In this document: in pieces, positions 27,519 to 37,108 of the stretch
Layout of the letters: every line of letters starts with the position of its first letter
How positions within the stretch are numbered: the first letter of the stretch is position 1
Source: an uncultured Desulfosarcina sp.
GTDB taxonomy: Bacteria > Desulfobacterota > Desulfobacteria > Desulfobacterales > Desulfosarcinaceae
Assembly: GCA_963674945.2 (NCBI GenBank)
Contig: CAXXWQ010000004.1
Location: forward strand, 1,632,001-1,696,000
Length of the DNA: 64,000 nucleotides
Reading direction: 5' to 3'
Program-made: the position numbers and the translations under genes
Notes under the pieces: model-generated
Database searches by the model: none
Told to the model about the DNA's origin: nothing
What the model saw: only the letters and a program-made list of their open reading frames with translations

Positions 27519-29492
27519 TCAGGCGGCTTCGATCTCCCGCCGGTCGGACATGTCCATGAGAACGCGTTCCCTTGCCTTGTCGATGCCCAAGGCCTTTCGC
27601 TTCTTGTCGATGTGGGCGATCATCATCCTGGCCATTTCGTATGGATCGGGAGTAAATCCCCATTTGCCCAGTCCTTGTTGTTCGAGCCCATCGAAGAGGA
27701 GTTTGTGGAATTTGGTCTCTTCGACGATGGGGAAGGTAACGCCAAAAACGGTGAAAACGCCGGAAGCGACAAAGTATTGGCCGATGGAAATGGCCTTCTC
27801 GCTCATCCATTCGGGCGCGGCACCGGCCACGGGAAGATCCGCCATGGACTGTCCTAGACCACCCGTATGAACCATCTCCGCTGCCGCGACCAGGATGCGG
27901 CTGTTGTCGACACACGAACCGAGGCCCAGGACCGGCGGCATACCCACCGTATCACACACTTCCCGTAATCCCTGTCCGGCGAGAACCGCCGCCTCGGGAG
28001 AGGTAAGGCCGGCTTTCGCCAATGCGATTTGCGAGCAGCCGGTCTGAAGCACGAGCACGTCGTTTTTGATCAGTTCCTTCACCAGCTCGACGTGAACCCA
28101 GTCCTGCTTCATACGTGGATTGGTACAACCGACGACGCCCGCCACACCGCGGATCCTTCCGTTGATGATATTCTCGTTGAGTGGTGTGTAGGACCCTCTG
28201 AAGGAGCCACCCAGCATGTAGTTGATATACTCATGGGAAAAACCATGAACGCCGATGCCTTTATTTTTCGGGATCTCGATCTCGGCCTTTCTGTTTTTGA
28301 ATCGTGAAATCGCCTTGATCACGATCTCATCGGTACACGATTTGGGATCATGCTCATGGAACTCGATATGCGTTGCCCCCTCGATGTGGCACCTCGGGTT
28401 GGTGGTAATCAGTGGCGTACCGTAACAATCGGCGACTTTGGCGAGGCCTTGCTTGATACACTGAACGTCCACGGTCATGGCATCGACGGCGCCGGTAACG
28501 AGTACGGCTTCGGTGGACATGAAGTTGCCCAAATGCGGAATCGCGTGTCGCACCAGCACCTCGGCACCCGAACAGCACATGCCGGCAAGGTTGATTCCGG
28601 TTGCGCCGGCATCCTTTGCCGCCTGGATGAGTGTGGGCTCGTTGACGGAGGCGATCATGGACTCGAACAGGTTGGGCTCGTGACCGTGAACGATAATGTT
28701 CACCTGGTTTTCCTCCAGGACTCCCATGTCCACTTCGATGGCGACCGGTGAAGGCGTTCCGAAAAGAATGTCCGAAATCTCCGTGGCAACCATGGACCCA
28801 CCCCAGCCGTCGGCCAATGCCGTCCGGCTGCACTGTTTCATGATGTTGTTGTACTCCTGATCCACGCCGATATGGGTTCGATGCATGAGTTCCATGATTT
28901 CACGCATGGCACCACGGGGCACGATGCCGAGTTTCCGCCAGTTCTCCAGGGTCTTTTCCGGGACCCGTTTCATAAAGGGAATTTCACCGTCCACCTGGGT
29001 GTAGGTACGTTCCAGTTCCGCATAGAGTTCCAGCGCAACCTCTTTCTGGCTTTTCCCTTCCGTTTCGATACCCACCGACTTGGCAACGGCTTCCAACTTG
29101 ATGGGATCCTTGATTTCGTAGTCCGTGATGTTCCCATTGACCACCTCTCTGAACAGATCGAGCATGCTCATGCCGTGGTCGGTATGAGCCGCACATCCCG
29201 ATGCCACCATCCTGGCAAAATTTCTGGCCTGTATGGTGTCGATGGTTGCACCGCAGACGCCGACTTTTGCGTACGGATCCCTCGCATTGAGTCGACATGG
29301 TCCCATTGAGCAGTGTTTACAGCAGGCAGAATCGGCGCCGATGGGGCATGCCTTCATATCGATGGCACGATCGAATGCCGTACTGACGCCATCCCGTTTG
29401 GCTTTGGCCAACATCTGCTGGGTAGAATCGCAAATCGTCAAATCCTTGATATTGATTTCCTTCTTCTTGGCTGGAACTTTCTTCTCGGTCAT
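27519..29492 (-). CDS. cooS: Anaerobic Ni,Fe carbon-monoxide dehydrogenase catalytic subunit
   Basis: CCKHCSMGPC, HGHEP, GMCCSG, DVQC, GCTNP, TGC, GSCVD, MSEKA; expected cluster ligands present. Confidence 0.96.
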   Translation of the reverse strand: MTEKKVPAKKKEINIKDLTICDSTQQMLAKAKRDGVSTAFDRAIDMKACPIGADSACCKHCSMGPCRLNARDPYAKVGVCGATIDTIQARNFARMVASGCAAHTDHGMSMLDLFREVVNGNITDYEIKDPIKLEAVAKSVGIETEGKSQKEVALELYAELERTYTQVDGEIPFMKRVPEKTLENWRKLGIVPRGAMREIMELMHRTHIGVDQEYNNIMKQCSRTALADGWGGSMVATEISDILFGTPSPVAIEVDMGVLEENQVNIIVHGHEPNLFESMIASVNEPTLIQAAKDAGATGINLAGMCCSGAEVLVRHAIPHLGNFMSTEAVLVTGAVDAMTVDVQCIKQGLAKVADCYGTPLITTNPRCHIEGATHIEFHEHDPKSCTDEIVIKAISRFKNRKAEIEIPKNKGIGVHGFSHEYINYMLGGSFRGSYTPLNENIINGRIRGVAGVVGCTNPRMKQDWVHVELVKELIKNDVLVLQTGCSQIALAKAGLTSPEAAVLAGQGLREVCDTVGMPPVLGLGSCVDNSRILVAAAEMVHTGGLGQSMADLPVAGAAPEWMSEKAISIGQYFVASGVFTVFGVTFPIVEETKFHKLLFDGLEQQGLGKWGFTPDPYEMARMMIAHIDKKRKALGIDKARERVLMDMSDRREIEAA

Positions 29493-29909
29493 TTTCCCTC
29501 CTTCGTGGAAAGATACTTTTTGTTTTGTTACCGGTTAGAATTAAAATGATTACGATATTATGAATGTCACTTTGCTGAGCCGTTGAATTGAATGGAGTGG
29601 CATACGCGAGGCCTCAAAAATAAATGAAAATAATTAATAGGAATGATTACTATTTGTAAGTAACGTCGCTGCTGTTGTCAAGCGATGTTTCATTTTTTCT
29701 TACCATTTCTTGATTTTCCTTGACCGTTCCACGGGAGATCCTTACTTTAAGTTGTCTTGAGCACGAAAGATCCGTATGAATGGATCGTGTCAGCGTTGAA
29801 GTGTTTAGGTCTGTATTGGACAAATAAAATTTTCCGCAATATCGTGACAATAAGGAAAGGCGAACCTGTCGAGGCAAAACCACCATGATCCAATGGAAAG
29901 GATTCCGAC

Positions 29910-30164
29910 ATGACTGAAAAACCCGTTAAGATCTATTCGTTGAGTACCTGCAGCCATTGCAAATCGACCAAAAAGCTGCTGGACAAATGTACGGTCAAAT
30001 ACGATTTCGTGGATGTGGACCTTCTGGACGGAGAGGAACGAAAGGCCATTCTCGCCGATGTAAAGAAATTCAACCCGAAATGTTCATTTCCTACGGTAAT
30101 CATCGGCGATGACGTCATCGTCGGTTTCAAGGAAGACAAAATCAAGGAGGCGCTGGGGCTGTGA
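29910..30164 (+). CDS. Glutaredoxin/NrdH-like redoxin
   Basis: CSHC active site, SFPT cis-Pro, VGF. Confidence 0.9.
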   Translation: MTEKPVKIYSLSTCSHCKSTKKLLDKCTVKYDFVDVDLLDGEERKAILADVKKFNPKCSFPTVIIGDDVIVGFKEDKIKEALGL

Positions 30165-30496
30165 TGGATGCAAAGGCACTCTATGAAAAACTGAAGAAAG
30201 TGCAGGAGCCCAAAGGCTATTTCTTCAGCAACGATGACGAGCGGGTGATGGAATTGCTGGATTCCCTCCTGATCAACAAAGATCGGTACGGCTACATGGT
30301 CTGTCCCTGCCGCCTCGCATCCGGAGATCGGGAAAACGACCGGGACATCATCTGCCCGTGCGAATACCGGGAGCCAGATGTGGCCGAATTCGGTTCCTGC
30401 TACTGCAACCTGTATGTTTCCAAAGAATGGAACGAGGGCAAGATCGAAAAGGAATACGTGCCGGAACGCCGCCCAGTGGAAAAGATGTTATTCTAA
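30164..30496 (+). CDS. Ferredoxin-thioredoxin reductase catalytic-subunit family protein
   Basis: CPC...CPC...CYC motifs. Confidence 0.9.
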   Translation: MDAKALYEKLKKVQEPKGYFFSNDDERVMELLDSLLINKDRYGYMVCPCRLASGDRENDRDIICPCEYREPDVAEFGSCYCNLYVSKEWNEGKIEKEYVPERRPVEKMLF

Positions 30497-30866
30497 TCGG
30501 TTTCCAGGTCCTCATACGCATCCGGGACGAATCGAGGCGAACAAACGGCCAGGAAAATAAGGTCCCCTGAACCAATATTGGTAATACGCTGTGGACCAAG
30601 AGGTGGTATGCGTACCACGTCACCGGCACCCACCCATGCAGGTGGCAGTTCGCCGACCTCAACGGAGCCCACTCCTTCCAAGATCACATACCGTTCGAAG
30701 ATTTCCACGAGACGATGCCACCTTGTCGTGACTCCTATCAGTACCCGAGCCCGGGCGATGGCAACGGCCGGGTCGCGTCTTCATCGTTGGACAACTCCCG
30801 GATGTAGCATCCTCCATCAAAAAAATACTCGCCCTTTTGATCGGCCTTATGAATGCTGGGCTCCAT
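30493..30866 (-). pseudogene. Cupin-domain gene, frameshifted
   Basis: 5' part MEPSIHKADQKGEYFFDGGCYIRELSNDE from ATG 30866 continues in a different frame as DPAVAIARARVLIGVTTRWHRL...ERYVILEG; span is 374 nt (one base short). Confidence 0.75.
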
Positions 30867-31016
30867 CTGCCACTCCGCAGCAGTTATCATTGTTTCCTTT
30901 TCCCGCTAATGCTATAAATCATTAATCAATACGAATAAAAAGAGACTTTTTAAATAAAGCCTTTCCCATTTTGATCACCGACAAGAAAATGGAAGATGAA
31001 AAAAGGAGGCATATCG

Positions 31017-31562
31017 ATGACGGATCTGCTCGACACGATAAAAAACCGCCGAAGCATACGAAAATTCGAAGAACGGGACGTTCCCGAAGGGCTGCTCAAT
31101 CAAATCCTGGAGGCCATTCGGTGGGCACCGTCATGGACCAATTGCCAATGCTGGGAAGTGGTCGTGATTCGGGATGTGGAAATCAAGACAAAACTGCAGC
31201 AAAGCCTGCCCCCCAAAGGGAACCCCGCGGCAAAAGCCATCGTCCAGGCGCCGGTGCTGCTGGCCCTTTGCGCAAAAACAGGAGTATCGGGTTTTTATAA
31301 GAACCAGGCATCCACGAAATTCGGTGACTGGATGATGTACGACCTGGGACTGGCAACGCAAAACATCTGCCTGATGGCGCACGATCTGGGGCTGGGTACC
31401 GTGATCGTCGGCCTGTTCGATCATGACCGGGCCGGCGCGGCCATCAATCTTTCGGACGGGTACGAACTTGTCACCCTGATTCCCATCGGCTATCCCGCAA
31501 AGGTCGGGAGTGCGCCCCGGCGTCGGGAAGTCCAAGAGTTCACCCACCACGACCGATTCTAA
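31017..31562 (+). CDS. Nitroreductase family protein
   Basis: RRSIRKF, APSWTNCQ, QNICLMAHDLGLGT; AGGAGG RBS. Confidence 0.92.
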   Translation: MTDLLDTIKNRRSIRKFEERDVPEGLLNQILEAIRWAPSWTNCQCWEVVVIRDVEIKTKLQQSLPPKGNPAAKAIVQAPVLLALCAKTGVSGFYKNQASTKFGDWMMYDLGLATQNICLMAHDLGLGTVIVGLFDHDRAGAAINLSDGYELVTLIPIGYPAKVGSAPRRREVQEFTHHDRF

Positions 31563-31569
31563 TTGACGA

Positions 31570-33315
31570 GTGATCCTGAGGCCAACACATCACTCCCCTA
31601 CGCAGCAGAAAGTTATGAAGGCCATGTCCGAAACGACACACCAAAACGCAGACCAGCCGCTAAGGAATCTAAGCACGTTCTGCGTGTATCCGTTCAATCA
31701 TATCAATTTGCAGCCGAACGGGATGGTTTCACTTTGCTGCCGTGCCAGCAGTCCGATCACGGTTAACGGACGCGCCCTGTCTCTCCACCACGATGCGTTT
31801 CAGGATATATGGAATTCCAGTTACATGCGTGACGTCCGCGCCCGGATGGTTGCCGGTCAGCCCGTAGCAGCGTGTTCTTCGTGCTACCAGACGGAAAACC
31901 AAGGCGGGGTAAGCCTTCGGGCGATGGTCAACCAAAATGGCAGACGACGTCTTGAAGAAGTGTATGATGAATGCAAAGCGACTGTCATGCAACAAGATGC
32001 CTTCGTCCCCTCGCCCATCTCGTTCCATTTGTGGCTTGGTACCCTCTGCAATCTCAGATGCCGTATCTGCAGCCCCCATTCCAGTTCACAGGTCGCCGCC
32101 GACCCGCTCCACTCGCGTTGGGCAATAGGAAATATGGGGCTTTCTCGAAAGGTCTCTTTGCTGCCGGACTTCCTCAACGGTGCGGCCTACCAGGGTTTCG
32201 CAGGGCTGTATACAGAGAACGGATTGGCCTGCCGGTTTGTCGATCCAGCGCGGGATGCGCAGATCACTCTTCCCGGCACGGGCGACCCGATAAAAAAAAT
32301 CCACGTATCGGGCATCAATAGAGCCGACGATCCTTGTACGTTGCTTCTCAAAATGGGATCGGAACAGGTTGCTTCCCGATCGCTGGCTTCTCCGAACTGG
32401 GACGTTGACTTCGTGTTCGATCCGCCCCTGGAATGTGGATCTGAAATCCGGATTGGTCTGCATTTTCAGGGTCAACGGTGCAACATCGGGCTTTGCTCCC
32501 TATCTCTGGTGTCCGATCCCCCCGTGGGCAATGCCTTTCCCCGGGAGTTCGCCAGCCGCCTGGAAGAGAATCCGAACTGGTATGACAATGATGATCTACT
32601 TCTGGGGGAGATCTTCGCGGAGCCCGATACGGTCCGCGATTTGAGCTTTGCGGGTGGTGAGCCAATGCTCCATAAAAAGCTTGCGGATGTGCTGGACCTT
32701 TTTGTTGCCAGAGGGCTGTCGAAAAGCATCAGCCTGTACTTCTCCACAAACGGTACCATCAAGACACCGAAAATGTCCAGGCTGCTCAAGGAGTTTGGCT
32801 GGGTTGGCATTGGTGTCAGCATCGACGGCGTGGGGTCCTTGCAGGAGTACATTCGCCCGCCATCGAAGTGGACGAAAGTAAGAGACAACTTATTGCAGTA
32901 CAGAGATGAAGGCATTGCTGCTGTCTCGGGCCAACCCACGCCCCACGTCTACAATCTTTACGGACTGCTTGATCTGGTGCGCTTTTTTGACAGTCACGCG
33001 ATCACCTTCATGTTGAATAACGTTCTTTACGGTCCTCGATACCTGTCATTCGACATGTTGCCCCAGGCCATGGTGGATGAAGTGGCGGCAGAATGGCAGA
33101 CCTACCGGGATGAGGAGTGCCGACCGGAAATGCGGAAAGAGGTGGACACGTTGATTGGGGCATTGATGCGACCCCGTCCGAGCAACGCAGAGGCGCTGCA
33201 GACACAATTCGCCAGGTTCACGGCAGACATGGACAAAAATCGAGGGCAATCGCTTCGGTCCGCGGCCCCCCGACTTCACCACCGGCTGGTTCAAGAGGGA
33301 ATCCTGCCGTACTAA
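31570..33315 (+). CDS. Radical SAM protein with an N-terminal twitch/SPASM-like Fe-S domain
   Basis: CVYPF...LCC...CSSC N-terminus; CNLRCRIC; GGEP; STNG; SIDG; start codon uncertain. Confidence 0.85.
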   Translation: MILRPTHHSPTQQKVMKAMSETTHQNADQPLRNLSTFCVYPFNHINLQPNGMVSLCCRASSPITVNGRALSLHHDAFQDIWNSSYMRDVRARMVAGQPVAACSSCYQTENQGGVSLRAMVNQNGRRRLEEVYDECKATVMQQDAFVPSPISFHLWLGTLCNLRCRICSPHSSSQVAADPLHSRWAIGNMGLSRKVSLLPDFLNGAAYQGFAGLYTENGLACRFVDPARDAQITLPGTGDPIKKIHVSGINRADDPCTLLLKMGSEQVASRSLASPNWDVDFVFDPPLECGSEIRIGLHFQGQRCNIGLCSLSLVSDPPVGNAFPREFASRLEENPNWYDNDDLLLGEIFAEPDTVRDLSFAGGEPMLHKKLADVLDLFVARGLSKSISLYFSTNGTIKTPKMSRLLKEFGWVGIGVSIDGVGSLQEYIRPPSKWTKVRDNLLQYRDEGIAAVSGQPTPHVYNLYGLLDLVRFFDSHAITFMLNNVLYGPRYLSFDMLPQAMVDEVAAEWQTYRDEECRPEMRKEVDTLIGALMRPRPSNAEALQTQFARFTADMDKNRGQSLRSAAPRLHHRLVQEGILPY

Positions 33316-33345
33316 ATCGACGATACCGGGTTTGTTACGAATCCG

Positions 33346-35403
33346 TCAACTTTCGGAGTTCGCGACACGCGATGCACACGCATCGTCACTCACGGGTTCC
33401 AGGACGATTCCGGTACGCGAGGGCAGGTAGAGAAAGAGCCGGTATCCCCAGGGATTGTCATTTGCCTTTTGGCAATGGTGTACCTGATCTGCCACCAGCC
33501 GTCCGTGACCGCCGAACACGACATCGTCCGTGTCCAGCGTCATGCGATACGTACCTCTTGGCACCGGCAGGCCGTAATCGGGAAAGGACCGGTCGGAATG
33601 GAAATTAAAAACGAATACCCGCCCTCCCCGCAAAAATGCGAGGATCTTGTCCGCGTCATGATCCCACAGCAGCGACGGGTCACCCGAGGCAAGCAGGCCT
33701 GCCTTCTTGCACAACCGGATCATGTGCCTGTCGAACCTTGCCAGCTGCCGGTATTTAAGATCCGGGTCATCCACCAAGTGCCACTGGCGCCGGGCGTATT
33801 GCATGCTCCACTGGTTTCCCTCCCGTGGAAAGTCGATCCAATCGGGATGGCCGAACTCGTTTCCCATGAAGTTCAAGTAGCCGTTCCCCGCCGTGGCCAG
33901 CGTGATCAGGCGAATCATCTTGTGAAGTGCCATGGCGCGGTCCACCGAAAGATCCGGATCACCCACCGCCATGTGATGATACATGGCTGCATCGGCCATG
34001 CGAAACATCAGCGTCTTGTCCCCCACCAGGGCCTGGTCGTGGGACTCTGTGTAGCTGATCGTTTTCTCTTCCCTTCTACGATTGGTCAACTCGTACCACA
34101 GGTGCCCCATGGGCCAATGCTCGTCGGACGTATCCTTGACAAGCCGGATCCAATTGTCGGGCACCCCCATGGCGAAGCGATAGTCGAACCCCGCTCCCCC
34201 CTGTCCCACGGGAAGTGCCAGGGCGGGCATGCCGCTGATATCCTCGGCCACGGTCATGGCATCGGGCCGGAGCCGATGGATTACCTCGTTGGCCAGGGTC
34301 AGGTAGGCCAGGGCATCCTCGTCCACGGCAGCGTTGAAATAGTCGTCGTATCCGGAAAAGGCCCTTTCCATGCCGTGATGGGTATACAGCATGCTGGTAA
34401 TGCCGTCGAAACGGAATCCGTCCACGTGAAAGGCGTCCAGCCAGTAGCGGCAGTTGGACAACAGAAAATGAATCACCTGGGGTTTGCCGTAATCGAAACA
34501 CCGGCTGTCCCAAGCGAAGTGGTGCCCCCGATTCCCCTGATGGAAATACTGGTATTCGGTTCCGTCAAACAGCCCCAACCCTTCCACTGTATTGGCCACC
34601 GCGTGGGAGTGGACAAGGTCCATGATCACGGCGATCCCATGGCCGTGGGCCGCATCGATGAGCGCCATGAGTTCTTCGGGCGTTCCGAACCGGGAAGATG
34701 GGGCGAAGAGGCTGGAAACGTGGTATCCGAAAGACCCGTAGTAGGGATGCTCCTGCACCGCCATGAGTTGGATGGTGTTGTAGCCGCTATCCACGATGCG
34801 CGGCAAAATCTTTTCCGTGAAGGCTTCCCATGATCCGATGGTCGGCTCCTGCTGGGCCATGCCGGGATGCACCTCGTAAATGAGCGGCGGCCGGTTCGGC
34901 CTCGTAAAATCGGGAAATGCCCATCGGTAGGGCCGGTCCGCTGCCCATACCTGGGCGTTGAAAATCAGGGTCCGGGAATCCTGAACCACCCGGCGGGCAT
35001 AGGCCGGAATGCGGTCTCCCACGCCCCCCTCCCAGTGGATGCGAAGACGGTACAGATCACGGTGACGGAGCCGATCCGCCGGCAGCCGGATCTCCCACTG
35101 CCCCTCCTCGTTCAACCGATCCAGGGCAAAGGCGGGGTCTTCGCTCCAGCCGGAAAAATCCCCCACCAGATAGATGGCCGTTGCGGCCGGCGCCCATTCC
35201 CGAAAGACCCACCCGTCATCGGTACAATGAAGACCGAAATAGGTGTGGCCCGAGGCCAGGTCCAGAAGATCCTCCCGGTCCCGGGTGATTCGCCGGCGCA
35301 TAGCGTGGATGTGTTCGAGCCGACGAACCAGTGCATTTCGATAATTCCCCAGATAGGGATCGGCCTGGATGAGGTCGTCGACGAGCAACTCGATTGAGGA
35401 CAT
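33346..35403 (-). CDS. glgB: 1,4-alpha-glucan branching enzyme (GH13)
   Basis: FREWAP, YYGSFGYHV, GFRFDGITSM, AEDISG, ESHDQALVGDKT, FMGNEFGHP. Confidence 0.95.
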   Translation of the reverse strand: MSSIELLVDDLIQADPYLGNYRNALVRRLEHIHAMRRRITRDREDLLDLASGHTYFGLHCTDDGWVFREWAPAATAIYLVGDFSGWSEDPAFALDRLNEEGQWEIRLPADRLRHRDLYRLRIHWEGGVGDRIPAYARRVVQDSRTLIFNAQVWAADRPYRWAFPDFTRPNRPPLIYEVHPGMAQQEPTIGSWEAFTEKILPRIVDSGYNTIQLMAVQEHPYYGSFGYHVSSLFAPSSRFGTPEELMALIDAAHGHGIAVIMDLVHSHAVANTVEGLGLFDGTEYQYFHQGNRGHHFAWDSRCFDYGKPQVIHFLLSNCRYWLDAFHVDGFRFDGITSMLYTHHGMERAFSGYDDYFNAAVDEDALAYLTLANEVIHRLRPDAMTVAEDISGMPALALPVGQGGAGFDYRFAMGVPDNWIRLVKDTSDEHWPMGHLWYELTNRRREEKTISYTESHDQALVGDKTLMFRMADAAMYHHMAVGDPDLSVDRAMALHKMIRLITLATAGNGYLNFMGNEFGHPDWIDFPREGNQWSMQYARRQWHLVDDPDLKYRQLARFDRHMIRLCKKAGLLASGDPSLLWDHDADKILAFLRGGRVFVFNFHSDRSFPDYGLPVPRGTYRMTLDTDDVVFGGHGRLVADQVHHCQKANDNPWGYRLFLYLPSRTGIVLEPVSDDACASRVANSES

Positions 35404-35442
35404 TTCACTCCCAAAGTTTGACGAGCGCATTGAAGTTTTTGT

Positions 35443-35587
35443 TAGTGTTCGTCCAGAAATAGGAAAATTTGGTCGAGATCAAGGCGCACGAAAAATTTTA
35501 CAGGAGGCATATAGTTGATATTCCGAGGATAAAATTTTTCGCGCAACGCCGATATCGGGCAAATTGGCCATTTCTGGACGGGCACTA
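35443..35587. repeat. MITE/REP-like element related to family A
   Basis: 18-bp terminal IR (16/18) tagtgttcgtccagaaat; shares tcgagatcaaggc and cgccgatatcgg with family A; its end supplies the glgA TAG stop. Confidence 0.8.
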
Positions 35588-37096
35588 GTTGATCAGTGGT
35601 CTCTCTAACATCTTCTCATACAGCTCGATGTACTGCCGTGCCGTGTTGGCATGGTTGAAGGACGCCGCACTTTCCTTCATGATCCGCTGGATCTGGCCGC
35701 GTTTATCGGTATCGGGCATCAGGAAGAATTCCATGGCCTGGGTCACCGCCCAGTAGAGTCCGGCGGGATCGTAGGTCTCAAACAAAAAGCCGTTTCCCAC
35801 ATCCTTCGCTGCATTGAGCGGTACGATGGTATCGTGGATGCCGCCGGTATCGTGGGCAACCGGCAGCGTGCCATAGATGGGGGCAATCATCTGGGGCAGG
35901 CCGCAAGGTTCAAACAGGGAGGGCATGAGAATAAAATCGGCGGCGGCGTAAGCATGATGTTCCAGTTCCTCGCTGAAATCACACACGGCCACTCTTTGGT
36001 GAAAGCCATGGTGATTGACAATGTCCCGGAATACGCGCTGATATTCACCGTTGGCCACGAAGACCACCTGCAGGTTTCTGTCCCAGTAATCGGATATGAT
36101 GCCGTAAAAGGCCTCGGCCAGAAGTTTGCAGCCCTTTTGGACGGGGTCCAGACGCGACGGCCAGAAGAAGAGGGGAGCGTTTTCGTCCTGGACCAGGCCC
36201 AGGATCTCCTGGAGATGCCGTTTGTTTTCCCGTTTGCCATCCTGGTAATCGTCTGCCGTATAGTTGCGATGGATCCGCTTGTCCGTGGCCGGATCGAAGG
36301 ACGGATCCGGAGCGTTTAAAATCCCCGTACCGCATCCGGCGTAGTATTTGTTGGTCAACTGCTGACGAAGTTGCCAGGGAACGAAATCGTGTCGCCCCTG
36401 TACAATCTCCTCCAGAAAATGGGGGCTGACCGTATTGACGAAGTGGGCGGCGAAGACCCCGCTGGTCAGAAAATCCACCGGGTTGCTTTCCCACGCTTCC
36501 TCGTAGCTTTCGGAGAATCGTTCATAGTAAAGATGCTGCCAGAAATAGGCCGCATCGATGCCGCGGTCCTCGATATGGGCCAACGTAGCCTTGACCGTAT
36601 GGATGTTGTGGATCGTAAACAGGCAGGGGATTTCCATCTGCCGCGCCATGGCCGGAATGAGTCCCGTCATCCAGTCGTTGCAGTGAATCAGGTCCGGCCT
36701 CACCCGGGGGACGATGTTGTTGATCACCTCCCGCTGGAATGCCAGGGACATTTTGGTATTTTCACCGCCGTATACCGAGTAGACGCGGTTCAGGTAAAAA
36801 AAGGCCCGATCCTCCGCAAGATGCACCCGGTCGTCCGGCATCACGCTCCGAATGGTCAGATGTTCCCGCTCGAGAAACGGCGCCAGCCGGCCGTGAAAGA
36901 TGGCCCGATAATCCGGCAGGGCCACGTGAACATCGGCCCCCTGTTCGAAAAGGGCGCTGATCAATGCCGCCGAGACGTCGGCCAGGCCACCTGCCTTGGC
37001 AGTGAGATATTGGGAGAAGTTGCCCATTCGGTGGGGCAGATAGGTCACTTCCGGCGTGATGACGAGTACCCGGGGGTTTTTCTTTTTGGAAGGCAT
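35585..37096 (-). CDS. glgA: Glycogen synthase (GT5)
   Basis: KAGGLAD, IHCNDW, TIHN, RLDPVQKG, MPSLFEPCGL. Confidence 0.93.
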   Translation of the reverse strand: MPSKKKNPRVLVITPEVTYLPHRMGNFSQYLTAKAGGLADVSAALISALFEQGADVHVALPDYRAIFHGRLAPFLEREHLTIRSVMPDDRVHLAEDRAFFYLNRVYSVYGGENTKMSLAFQREVINNIVPRVRPDLIHCNDWMTGLIPAMARQMEIPCLFTIHNIHTVKATLAHIEDRGIDAAYFWQHLYYERFSESYEEAWESNPVDFLTSGVFAAHFVNTVSPHFLEEIVQGRHDFVPWQLRQQLTNKYYAGCGTGILNAPDPSFDPATDKRIHRNYTADDYQDGKRENKRHLQEILGLVQDENAPLFFWPSRLDPVQKGCKLLAEAFYGIISDYWDRNLQVVFVANGEYQRVFRDIVNHHGFHQRVAVCDFSEELEHHAYAAADFILMPSLFEPCGLPQMIAPIYGTLPVAHDTGGIHDTIVPLNAAKDVGNGFLFETYDPAGLYWAVTQAMEFFLMPDTDKRGQIQRIMKESAASFNHANTARQYIELYEKMLERPLIN

Positions 37097-37108
37097 CGAA
37101 GTATCCTC

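Noticed and set aside
29852..29905. Possible c-di-GMP-I riboswitch (ggcgaacc...gcaaaacc) upstream of glutaredoxin
   Set aside because: No GNRA-capped stem or complementary strands could be built; only short words match
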